A stretch of DNA of 39,566 nt from a virus (Duplodnaviria > Caudoviricetes): positions 1 through 39,566 of IMG/VR virus record IMGVR_UViG_3300032221_000405; one strand, given 5' to 3'. Positions 17,697-25,781 of the stretch are shown piece after piece (positions within the stretch are counted from its first letter, which is position 1; each line of letters opens with the position of its first letter). The translations under genes and the position numbers were made by a program. The notes under the pieces are model-generated. The model made no database searches. It had not been told where the DNA came from and was given only the letters and a program-made list of their open reading frames with translations.

Positions 17697-17725
17697 TTGA
17701 CTATTAGTCACAGTCGGCCTACGAA
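17697..17725 (+). promoter_or_regulatory. Promoter with an overlapping repressor operator
   Basis: TTGACT-17 nt-TACGAA; the -35 lies inside TTGACTATTAGTCAC (14/15 to the operator palindrome). Confidence 0.65.
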
Positions 17726-17772
17726 TTGGACATGGCCGACGACCAACGGCCGATTCTGAAAGGACCGAACAA

Positions 17773-18030
17773 ATGAACATCATCGAAATGCTTATTGCCG
17801 CCCTCATCGCAACAGTTGTCTTCACGACGACAATTCCGGCGTATGCCATTGACCGCGGCGACGCTCTTATGCCCGACGCGCCGTCGTCGCTGTCCCAGGA
17901 CGTGGCGGATATGGAAGCCGCCGACCGCCTGTCAGCGTCGGACCGTCCGAACGGCCTGGTGAATTACTGCGGCATTCAACCGGCCAGCAACTACATCGTC
18001 CCACAGCATTGCTTCGACCTGGGGCGCTAA
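17773..18030 (+). CDS. Small exported protein
   Basis: Signal peptide ending in AYA, two Cys, AAGGA RBS. Confidence 0.7.
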   Translation: MNIIEMLIAALIATVVFTTTIPAYAIDRGDALMPDAPSSLSQDVADMEAADRLSASDRPNGLVNYCGIQPASNYIVPQHCFDLGR

Positions 18031-18123
18031 TACGCGGAACAAATTAGGGGTATTAGGGCCGGTTTCCTGCACCCCAACGAGGGCTGTTCGTTGGCCGACT
18101 ATAGTGTAAGTCATTGAAAATAA

Positions 18124-18172
18124 TGGTGCTGCAAGAGAGGATTGAACTCTCGACCTCTCCCTTACCAAGGGA
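18124..18172 (-). mobile_element. attP core: 3' part of tRNA-Thr(GGT)
   Basis: Minus strand TCCCTTGGTAAGGGAGAGGTCGAGAGTTCAATCCTCTCTTGCAGCACCA gives anticodon arm, T arm, acceptor strand and CCA, with no 5' half. Flanked by an IHF-like site (18107-18119) and TTGGAC/GGCCGAC repeats. Confidence 0.9.
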
Positions 18173-18298
18173 AAAATAGGACAGTCGGCCGACGAGAAAA
18201 TAACGAATATTGCGGGAAAGTCTAGGACACAGTTGGACGTTGGCCGACAAATTGGACGCGGAATCCTGCACTAAAAGGGCTTAGTGCAGGACTTCGGC

Positions 18299-18757
18299 TC
18301 AAAGCCCCGCAGGGCGTTTTGGGGGCAGAGGGGGCGGCGCGCCGGGGGCTGTCTTCGGGAACTCTACCGCAGGCGCTGCAGCCGGTTGGGTAGGGGCAGC
18401 AGGGGCCGCTGCAGGCGCAGACGCGGGGGCCTGTTGGCTTGGAACCCAGCCGTTCAGAGCGTCCCAGGTTTGCCCCGCAGGCGCCTGCTGACCGCCAAAC
18501 GCTCCACCGAATAAGCTCTCCAAGAACCCGCCAATTTCATCCAGAAAATTTGTGTCCTGGGGTATCTGCTCAGAGTTGAGAGCAGGCGCCGCGGGCTTTG
18601 CTGCAGGCGTGACCGCAGCTGGCGCGGGGCCGCTATATGGTGGGGCACCGGTCATTGGGGCGCGCCAAGAGGGGTCGCCGCCCGGTGCCCCGGGAGCCGG
18701 TCCGCTATACGCAGGCGCGCCGGTGAGGGGCGCGTGCCAGTTAGGGTTAGTCGCCAT
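18299..18757 (-). CDS. Pro/Ala/Gly-rich protein with an internal repeat
   Basis: W.AP.TGAP.YSGPAP twice; last gene of the late operon. Confidence 0.6.
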   Translation of the reverse strand: MATNPNWHAPLTGAPAYSGPAPGAPGGDPSWRAPMTGAPPYSGPAPAAVTPAAKPAAPALNSEQIPQDTNFLDEIGGFLESLFGGAFGGQQAPAGQTWDALNGWVPSQQAPASAPAAAPAAPTQPAAAPAVEFPKTAPGAPPPLPPKRPAGL

Positions 18758-19100
18758 CTTTATCTGTATCCTTCTTCTTGTCGCCGTCCTTGTCCGCGTC
18801 TTTTTTCATCGGACCGCCTTTAGCGGTTGGCTTGCCCGGGCCCTTACCTGGAAGCGTCGGACGACCGCCCGCCGAAGCGCCTCTAGGCGGTGGTGGCGCG
18901 ATGTTGTTGCCGGGTATCTTGCGGTCCATGTTCAACACGCCGCCACGCGGCGGGGCTGGTGGTGGAGCTCCTGGCATGCTGGGGGGCATTGGGGCCCCAC
19001 GGGGGCCCATCATTGGGGCCGCGCCTTGTGGCGGTCCGCCCTGTCCGGCGCCCCCGCCCATGATTGCCTGCGCGAGCAGAGCGGCTAACGGTGACGCCAT
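18747..19100 (-). CDS. Pro/Gly-rich protein with a Lys/Asp tail
   Basis: TAATG coupling gives ATG at 19100 with a GGAG RBS. Confidence 0.6.
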   Translation of the reverse strand: MASPLAALLAQAIMGGGAGQGGPPQGAAPMMGPRGAPMPPSMPGAPPPAPPRGGVLNMDRKIPGNNIAPPPPRGASAGGRPTLPGKGPGKPTAKGGPMKKDADKDGDKKKDTDKDGD

Positions 19101-19876
19101 TACAAGATACTCCATGCGGTTTGTTTAGGTGATGAACCGCCGACCGCATTGCCAAAAGTATCGGCGAGGGATGGCTGCTTTGCTTTGCTGTTTGGGCCGC
19201 CGATAGCGAGGTCAACACCGGTGCTTGAACCTTGACCTGGCGCAGTGCTCGCAGCTGACGGACCGGCTGCGATACCGGTGTAAACGTCTGTCTTTCCGGC
19301 GCCGCCAACAGTGTTTGCGCTTTTCGTATTTGGCTGCGCGCCTGCACCGCCAGAGACGAGAGAATTACCGCCGCCATATGTTCCAGGCAGAGCGCCCGGG
19401 TCCGCAGCGCCTGCTTGGTCCTTCTGCGCTTGCGCAGCGGCGAGCCATTCTTTCGATGCGTTGTATTGGCTTTGCGCTTGCGAATAATCGTTGAATGCCT
19501 GCGAGTCTAAGTTAGAGACCCACTTGTTCAACAAGTCAGTATTCGCATCTGCAGACGCTTGGTCAGAGCTTCGTTGATACTGACCGTTCACCGTGTAAGG
19601 ATTGAACGTGTATCGTTCGTGCGCATTGTATGTTGGCTGCAACTTTTTAATTGCATCAATATTCGAGTTATAGAGGTTCCACTGGTCCGAAACTTTTTTA
19701 TTCTGAGCCGCAATATTGTCAGTATAACGTGTGTAATTTTGATTTTCGGCGCGTTGTGATGATGCAAGCGCAGCAGCAGCAGCTTGGCGCTTTTGCTCCT
19801 CCATTTGAGCTTGTTGCTGCATCATCATCATAACCATCATGAGGCCGTTATCCCCACCCCCACCGCCACTTCCCAT
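19100..19876 (-). CDS. Gly/Gln-rich protein starting MGSGGGGG, probable internal virion protein
   Basis: AGGAG RBS; same N-terminus as 28039..28695. Confidence 0.7.
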   Translation of the reverse strand: MGSGGGGGDNGLMMVMMMMQQQAQMEEQKRQAAAAALASSQRAENQNYTRYTDNIAAQNKKVSDQWNLYNSNIDAIKKLQPTYNAHERYTFNPYTVNGQYQRSSDQASADANTDLLNKWVSNLDSQAFNDYSQAQSQYNASKEWLAAAQAQKDQAGAADPGALPGTYGGGNSLVSGGAGAQPNTKSANTVGGAGKTDVYTGIAAGPSAASTAPGQGSSTGVDLAIGGPNSKAKQPSLADTFGNAVGGSSPKQTAWSIL

Positions 19877-19904
19877 CGTCGTAACTCCTATAATAATTTG
19901 AATA

Positions 19905-20084
19905 TTATGCGCGTGACGCGGCTACGTTAAGCAGCGCCAGAGTGTGACATTTAAGCCCCGCTTTAGGCGCTGGCTTCGGCGTTACTTTTGCTTGCTCGCA
20001 ACGATGGACGTCCGTTGAAATGCTCGCAGCTTTAGGTGTTGCGCCAGGTGTTGTTCCTGCAGGTGGTGTCGTTGTTCCAGCCAT
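19905..20084 (-). CDS. 59-aa Thr/Pro/Ala-rich protein
   Basis: TAATG overlap with the upstream stop; MAGTTTPPAGTTPGATPK...; just under the track cutoff. Confidence 0.5.
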   Translation of the reverse strand: MAGTTTPPAGTTPGATPKAASISTDVHRCEQAKVTPKPAPKAGLKCHTLALLNVAASRA

Positions 20085-20845
20085 TATTTTTCCCCTATAT
20101 TTTTGAGAACCATTTCAAACGGCGAAGCGTCGAGTTGAATAAACCCCGCCGACGAACTTTGATATTCGACTATTAAAAACGATATTGAGCCAACACACGC
20201 TGCGGCGATGACAGAGAACCAAAAATTCGGCCCGTTACTCATCGGCGCTGTTACGCCTGTAAAGGCGAACATGACGACAAGCCAGACGGTCATTAGCGTT
20301 AAGCTGAACGGGTAAATTACTCTTTGAGCTTTTGTTGCTAATTTAAATCTATCGAGCGAGAGCCTGCCCATCAAATCGAGCATGAACTTCTTCGTATTAG
20401 CAGCAATACCATTGTCTTTTGCTGGAACAATAAGCCCCTGCAGATGCTTTGCAAAATCCTCGGCGTCTGTTCTATCTTTAAGCTCATAAATCGCTTTAGG
20501 GTTCTGGATTAAATAGCGCATATAATCCCTAAACTCTGTTTGAGCTTGTTCGGCAGGTGCGCCGTAATAGGTCATTGCCCTATCAAGCTGCAAAGCATTC
20601 GCCGCCATGTCATTCACAAGCGCCTGCTTATCGTCAAAAGAGGCGCGTGCAGTAAATAGCAGCAAGCTCATCACGATTGCTGTCGTCAACATTAACGGCA
20701 GAGCAATAAAACGCCCCGAGGCGATTGCTTCCGCCCCAAGCATATACTCAGGGAGCCAATGGCGATAAAGCGTCCCAAAATAGTAAGCGCAAACGCATAG
20801 CGTCGTGATTGCTATCGCCGCGTCGTAAGACAAATTCCCGCGCAT
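20084..20845 (-). CDS. DUF4239/bestrophin-like membrane protein
   Basis: Four hydrophobic segments in 2+2 arrangement; SLLLFTARASFD, MAANALQLDRAMTYYG and FIQLDASPF resemble DUF4239 proteins. Confidence 0.7.
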   Translation of the reverse strand: MRGNLSYDAAIAITTLCVCAYYFGTLYRHWLPEYMLGAEAIASGRFIALPLMLTTAIVMSLLLFTARASFDDKQALVNDMAANALQLDRAMTYYGAPAEQAQTEFRDYMRYLIQNPKAIYELKDRTDAEDFAKHLQGLIVPAKDNGIAANTKKFMLDLMGRLSLDRFKLATKAQRVIYPFSLTLMTVWLVVMFAFTGVTAPMSNGPNFWFSVIAAACVGSISFLIVEYQSSSAGFIQLDASPFEMVLKNIGEK

Positions 20846-21381
20846 TAATGGCTCCTTCCAAACTCGCCATGATGTTTTTTAGACGCGGCGTCATAGGCTG
20901 ATTTTGCTTCATCAAGCGTCTTATAATACCCTAAATAAATGGTCTTTTTTCTAACTTGTAACTGGGGATGATACCCCCAAGGGGTAAGAATAACTCCTTT
21001 CACGCCTAGCTTATTCGTCCGGCGCATTGGAGTATTCATACTACTCTGCGCAGGGTCTACGATGCGAAGATTATCAATCCGATTATCTGCTACGTCTAAA
21101 TTAATGTGGTCTATAATCCCGTCAGGCCAATGCCCATTAACGTAAGCCCAAGCCAAACGATGGGCATAATACCGCCGCCCGTATATGTTTACTTTGATAT
21201 ACCCGTGAGATGGGTCGATAGACCCCGCCAGCTTACCAGCAAACTTAGAGTTGAATACGTTATCAGCCTTCTCATGGCCTAGTCGCACGGGTCTGCGTAA
21301 CCATGTAAATAAACCCGTAACCTCGTCATAAGAAACAAGGCGACGAACTTCTTCGGCAGTGATAATAGGTCTTTTAGCCAT
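20845..21381 (-). CDS. HNH endonuclease with AP2-like C-terminus
   Basis: AHRLAW, IDHINLDVADNRIDNLR, NKLGVKGV, YLGYY...HGEF. Likely ATG at 21381. Confidence 0.9.
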   Translation of the reverse strand: MAKRPIITAEEVRRLVSYDEVTGLFTWLRRPVRLGHEKADNVFNSKFAGKLAGSIDPSHGYIKVNIYGRRYYAHRLAWAYVNGHWPDGIIDHINLDVADNRIDNLRIVDPAQSSMNTPMRRTNKLGVKGVILTPWGYHPQLQVRKKTIYLGYYKTLDEAKSAYDAASKKHHGEFGRSH

Positions 21382-21467
21382 CTTCGCGGTTCCTTCGCGG
21401 GTGTGGTTAGGAGCCGTTCGGTGTTGGTAGCACCGGGCGGCTTCGTTATTAGTAACACACAACTGCA

Positions 21468-22325
21468 TTATGTGTTACCTCTCAATATCAGAAACTGCAG
21501 CCACGTCGGCAAAATAGCTCGTGCGACTGCTATTCCCACCGCCGATAAAACCATACTGTATCCTAGCGATGGGTTTCGTATTGCATCTTCCCAAGGAATG
21601 GTTTGAAGCGCCCCGACAGCAGCGACGATTGCTGCCAATGTGTAACCAGACATACCTGTTAGTGGTGCAGGCATCGGTGGAGGCATTGGGACGCCTTTTG
21701 CTGCTGGGGCCTCTTCCTGACCTACACCGAAAAACTCCCCGATTTGGTCAAAGAAACCTTTAGGCGCAACCTTGATTGGTTGGGCGTTACGCGTCGGGGT
21801 TGCTGATGGTTGCCACAACACAAGCGCTTTTTGAAACGAGCCTGCATATCCAGCTATAAGAGAAGCCCTATCAGCGCCGTTAATAATCCTACGAGCGCCA
21901 ATGTAATCAACGTGTGAGCCAGAGATATAATCACTGAGCTTTTTACCTGTGAATTTGCCAGTAACCATCCCATCAAAACATACGTGAAGAGCGACAGGCC
22001 AGGTAAGAGCATCAGCAGGATTAGAAATGCCATATCGTTCATAATTATTTTTCCATGTCAGCTGCACCAGGCCACGACCAACATAGGGGAAATATTTCTT
22101 CGACCGTAAATAAGCTGCAGAGCCATACTCTGTGCAAGGCGCGCATTTGCGTGCAGTCTCATGAAATGCTGTTGCTAGAATATACGCCAGCTGGTTGTTT
22201 GTAACGCCACGATATTGCGTGTCTCTGTATTCAATGATGCGCGTCACGCCTGCGACTTGGGCAGCCGTCATTGAGCCGCCAAATACGGTGCGTCTTATTT
22301 CGTCAAAAAATTCTTTTTGACTCAT
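21468..22325 (-). CDS. Endolysin, GH19-like lysozyme fold, with C-terminal TM segments
   Basis: LAYILATAFHET, YVGRGLVQLTWKNNY, ARRIING; Pro-rich linker, then two hydrophobic helices. Confidence 0.85.
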   Translation of the reverse strand: MSQKEFFDEIRRTVFGGSMTAAQVAGVTRIIEYRDTQYRGVTNNQLAYILATAFHETARKCAPCTEYGSAAYLRSKKYFPYVGRGLVQLTWKNNYERYGISNPADALTWPVALHVCFDGMVTGKFTGKKLSDYISGSHVDYIGARRIINGADRASLIAGYAGSFQKALVLWQPSATPTRNAQPIKVAPKGFFDQIGEFFGVGQEEAPAAKGVPMPPPMPAPLTGMSGYTLAAIVAAVGALQTIPWEDAIRNPSLGYSMVLSAVGIAVARAILPTWLQFLILRGNT

Positions 22326-23173
22326 TGAAACACCCCCGCGAAATTAAAGCCGCCGCCTATAGGGGCCTGCATGCCGTCGCCGCCAATGGCGCCGCTGAAT
22401 AAATCCGGTAATGACGAATTAACTGGCGCCATCGGCGACATAGGCTGCACGGCGCCCATATCCATGCCGACCGCCATCGGGTCTTGCACAGACGCAAGAT
22501 TGACCTCTGTCAGCGGCGTTGTGGACATTGCCGGCGGTGTTGTTGCCGCGAGCTGTATGTCAGGTGTGTATGGACGTGATGGCGGAAGCGGAACGTCCGC
22601 TTGCTGATTTAATGATTCTGGGCGTGATGGCGGTAGCGGGACAGTTGCGTCCGCCAGCATATTCGCTGTCGACGGCTGCAAGTCAGGCTGCCTCCAGTTG
22701 TCGCCAAATGGGTTGCCCGCGTCTGCAATTCTTGCAATCTCATGTGAATGTCCCAGGCGCTGCTGAAGCATCGGCGCGCCAGGGCGTTCGTAATACTTCA
22801 TCACATTGCGCGTTGCGGCTTGCGGCGATGACGAGTCGGCGATGTGCCAGTCGAACATCTTGCCCTCATACCCCTTGCCGATGTCCTGCAAGAGATAATT
22901 GACGTTGGTATTGTGGTCTTGAATATTTTGACCGGTTCGACGTCCGTAATTTTCAAAATCGCGGCGTCTTGCGCCGGTCCATTGACCCTCACCGATACCG
23001 CCGCTTCCGCGAGACTTTCCACGTTCATGCGCAGCGGGGTCAATCGCCCCACGCGTGTTCGATTCATGCGAGAAGTTTGCAGAAAAACCGTTCGCAACTT
23101 CCGGCGTCATTTTGCCGGAGTTCAACAGGTCGTAATAGAGCTGCATTGATGGGCTGTAATTGAACTTCTTCAT
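22322..23173 (-). CDS. Phage tail lysozyme-domain virion protein
   Basis: ANFSHES, GIGEGQWTGARR, YERP; low-complexity C-terminal half. Confidence 0.8.
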   Translation of the reverse strand: MKKFNYSPSMQLYYDLLNSGKMTPEVANGFSANFSHESNTRGAIDPAAHERGKSRGSGGIGEGQWTGARRRDFENYGRRTGQNIQDHNTNVNYLLQDIGKGYEGKMFDWHIADSSSPQAATRNVMKYYERPGAPMLQQRLGHSHEIARIADAGNPFGDNWRQPDLQPSTANMLADATVPLPPSRPESLNQQADVPLPPSRPYTPDIQLAATTPPAMSTTPLTEVNLASVQDPMAVGMDMGAVQPMSPMAPVNSSLPDLFSGAIGGDGMQAPIGGGFNFAGVFQ

Positions 23174-24051
23174 ACGACAAACTTTCGCATTTCAGGCATT
23201 TGACCGCCGGCGCCGATATTCATGTTATCCGCGAATAATTTTCCTAAATTCCCGCCACCGCCCGCAAAGTCCTCTGCAAGACCCATTTGCGTGCGCGCCT
23301 TTTGATTTGCTAATTTGTTATGGATGTCCGCGATGCCGGTATCCGTTTGAGTAAATACATCCGGCGCTGCGCCCATCGCGAAAGGTTGTTGCTGCGCGCC
23401 CTCTTGCTCAACGCCGCCAACTTGCGCAGCTGCTACTGCGCCAGGAGCAGCATCGCCTGCGATGTTAACGTCGCCCGTTGCGCCAGGCAGAAGCGCTTCT
23501 CCGCGGTCAGTGCGGGGCGCAATAGGCATTGCGAAAGTTTGCGGCGCGCCTGCAGCGTTTGACTCAGGCGGGCGGTATCCACTCGATGCAAATTCCGACA
23601 TTGGTTTGCCGGTCGCCATTGATGCGTAGTTAACAGCGCCGCCATAACGGGCACCCCACCCCGCCGAATTTTCAGCGCCTTTGTCAGAACCTGCAGGGCG
23701 CTCAAACCCAACTGTGAACGCTGCGGTTGCTTCGCGTAAACTCTTTGCGTTTTGCAGCGCGCTATAAACACCGCTGTAAGATGTTTTTAATTCGTGGTCG
23801 AGAAAGCGAACTTGCCCGTCAATGCTATTTGGATTCAACCCATTTTTGGTTGTCCAATTGACCATGTTATTCCAGCGCTCATTATGCCACTGCGCTATGC
23901 CAAAACTCGTTCCGTGGTCTCCTTTAATCGTTGGGTTCAGTCCGGACTCATGGTCCAAATTACCAACGATTGCGGCGGCAGCAGTCGGGTTGTAACCGAG
24001 CTGCATAAACTGCTGCATGACATACATGCCGGTGCGGAAATCCTTCGCCAT
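23170..24051 (-). CDS. Phage tail lysozyme-domain virion protein
   Basis: AAAIVGNLDHESGLNP, FGIAQW, FERP. Confidence 0.85.
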   Translation of the reverse strand: MAKDFRTGMYVMQQFMQLGYNPTAAAAIVGNLDHESGLNPTIKGDHGTSFGIAQWHNERWNNMVNWTTKNGLNPNSIDGQVRFLDHELKTSYSGVYSALQNAKSLREATAAFTVGFERPAGSDKGAENSAGWGARYGGAVNYASMATGKPMSEFASSGYRPPESNAAGAPQTFAMPIAPRTDRGEALLPGATGDVNIAGDAAPGAVAAAQVGGVEQEGAQQQPFAMGAAPDVFTQTDTGIADIHNKLANQKARTQMGLAEDFAGGGGNLGKLFADNMNIGAGGQMPEMRKFVV

Positions 24052-25781
24052 TATTTCGACTCCACCGGAACAGGCGCGGTCGTATTACTCAGCGCATACG
24101 GGACTGACTCAGCCCATTGTTGAGCGGTTCTGGCACCGCCGATACCAAGCCTCTGCGCGAGCTGATTACCGAGATATGCCTGTCCTACTCGCGACGCGAC
24201 AAACGGCCCCGCGCCGAGGGCTGTCGTTGCGCCGAGCGCGCTTCCAACCATGGGCGCCACCGGGCCAAGAACTGGGGACAACAGCGCCCCTACCTTCGCA
24301 CCGGCTGCGCCGCCAATTCCTACGCCGCCCCCGCCAGAGAGCAGCATCATGGGCGCCGTCCCAGAGTTCGGCATTTTTGCTGCGACTGTTTTGACATTGT
24401 CGGCGAGGGTCCCGATGTCGCTGTCCCCTGCACGATACAAATCCCCCTGCTTGCGGGCGGATATGTTGCGAGCGATGTCGGGCGATAAGTATCCTTCAGC
24501 GCTTCCTGCCGCCTCTCGCGTCTTCTTCAACGTCGAGTAATTTGAATATTGGCGGTTAAGGTCCGTCCACGCTGTCCTGTCCGCAGGCGTAACCGAGCGC
24601 CCCATATTATCCATAAGTGCTTGCCGGATTCCCCCAATTGCTTCTAAAGTCGCAGGGTCATTGCCGAAACGCTTTAAATCCTTTGTCAGGTCGCCATACC
24701 AGGTTTGATACTGACCACCCGGCATAATCGGCGGTGCGCCATTAATAGCGTCGACCCAATTCGTTACGACAGGATTTTGATTATGCGGCGCGACGTCGTG
24801 GGTGTATGGGCTCACTGCGGCAGAGACATCAGCATCAAGCTGCGGGTCACGAACAAGCTGATTGCGGCTAGTGAGGTTTGTATATCTCTCCTCAAAATTA
24901 CGCCTCATCGCGGCCCATTCTTCCGGCGTGAAGCGGCCCCATTGGTCTGTAAGCGTATGCCCTGCGGTATTGGCGAACGCCTGGTTAACCTGCCCGCGAT
25001 GCTCGTCGTTGAAGCGCTGCCACATGCTACCAGAGAACGGCATACTCGCGGAAATCTCTTCGAAATATCGTAACGGTTTACTGCCGGTTCGCTGCCCGGC
25101 TGTCAGAGTAATTCCCGCGTCCTCTACTGCGTTCACTGCGTCAGCGATGCGTGGGTTCTGATTAATTGGGGATATTGCTTTCGTAGCGCTCGGCGCGAGT
25201 ATTGCCGTCGCTGCACGCGCCCAGGGCTCAATCGGCGTGCCAGCAGTCTTCTGACCAACATATTCCGACGCAATACCTGGGAGCGCTGCAAAGCGCGCCA
25301 TCGCCGGTAAAGACGTCTCACCGCCCGCAATAACAGACGGAATAAACTCGGCGACATTCCCGGCGTATTTTCCCGGCTGTGTCTTTGGCTGGTAATCAAT
25401 GGTGTCTTTTACGCCCTGCGGAACAAATGCTTTTGTCGTGTTGAGCACGCTGTCGGTTGTTGGCAGACGGTCCTGCGTGCCGCCGAGCGCGTGGTTCAAC
25501 GCTCCGTATGCAATATCAAAAACACTTTTGTCCGCGGGATTAAACCCCATTTTATGGAGCGCCATGCGGGTGAGAGTTTGTAAGTCCCCAGGGGCGCCAG
25601 CTAACGCTGCGGTTCCGCGAGCGAGGCCACGGTTAACGCTGGTTGCAACATCCGTTGCGTAACCCATAGCCCCAGGGCCTTGCGGCGTCGGAAATTTCTT
25701 TCGCATAACGCCTTTAACGTCGTCCGGCGACATGCTGTCTGGGAAGCGATACGTAACGCCGTCGGGCCCGCGAACGTCCAT
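24051..25781 (-). CDS. DNA ejection/transfer protein
   Basis: MDVRGPDGVTYRFPD N-terminus, LTAGQRTG, NSGTAP and a Gly/Ala hydrophobic C-terminal region; position in the virion operon. Confidence 0.7.
   Translation of the reverse strand: MDVRGPDGVTYRFPDSMSPDDVKGVMRKKFPTPQGPGAMGYATDVATSVNRGLARGTAALAGAPGDLQTLTRMALHKMGFNPADKSVFDIAYGALNHALGGTQDRLPTTDSVLNTTKAFVPQGVKDTIDYQPKTQPGKYAGNVAEFIPSVIAGGETSLPAMARFAALPGIASEYVGQKTAGTPIEPWARAATAILAPSATKAISPINQNPRIADAVNAVEDAGITLTAGQRTGSKPLRYFEEISASMPFSGSMWQRFNDEHRGQVNQAFANTAGHTLTDQWGRFTPEEWAAMRRNFEERYTNLTSRNQLVRDPQLDADVSAAVSPYTHDVAPHNQNPVVTNWVDAINGAPPIMPGGQYQTWYGDLTKDLKRFGNDPATLEAIGGIRQALMDNMGRSVTPADRTAWTDLNRQYSNYSTLKKTREAAGSAEGYLSPDIARNISARKQGDLYRAGDSDIGTLADNVKTVAAKMPNSGTAPMMLLSGGGGVGIGGAAGAKVGALLSPVLGPVAPMVGSALGATTALGAGPFVASRVGQAYLGNQLAQRLGIGGARTAQQWAESVPYALSNTTAPVPVESK

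Noticed and set aside
17522-17707. 61-aa track ORF with poly-Pro
   Set aside because: It reads through the terminator and operator; the two-TM frame at 17475 is better supported.
18100-18200. Functional tRNA-Thr gene
   Set aside because: The D arm and 5' acceptor strand are absent; it is only the 3' att fragment.
20845-21467. Group I intron housing the HNH gene
   Set aside because: The flanking genes are intact and there is under 90 nt of non-coding sequence.
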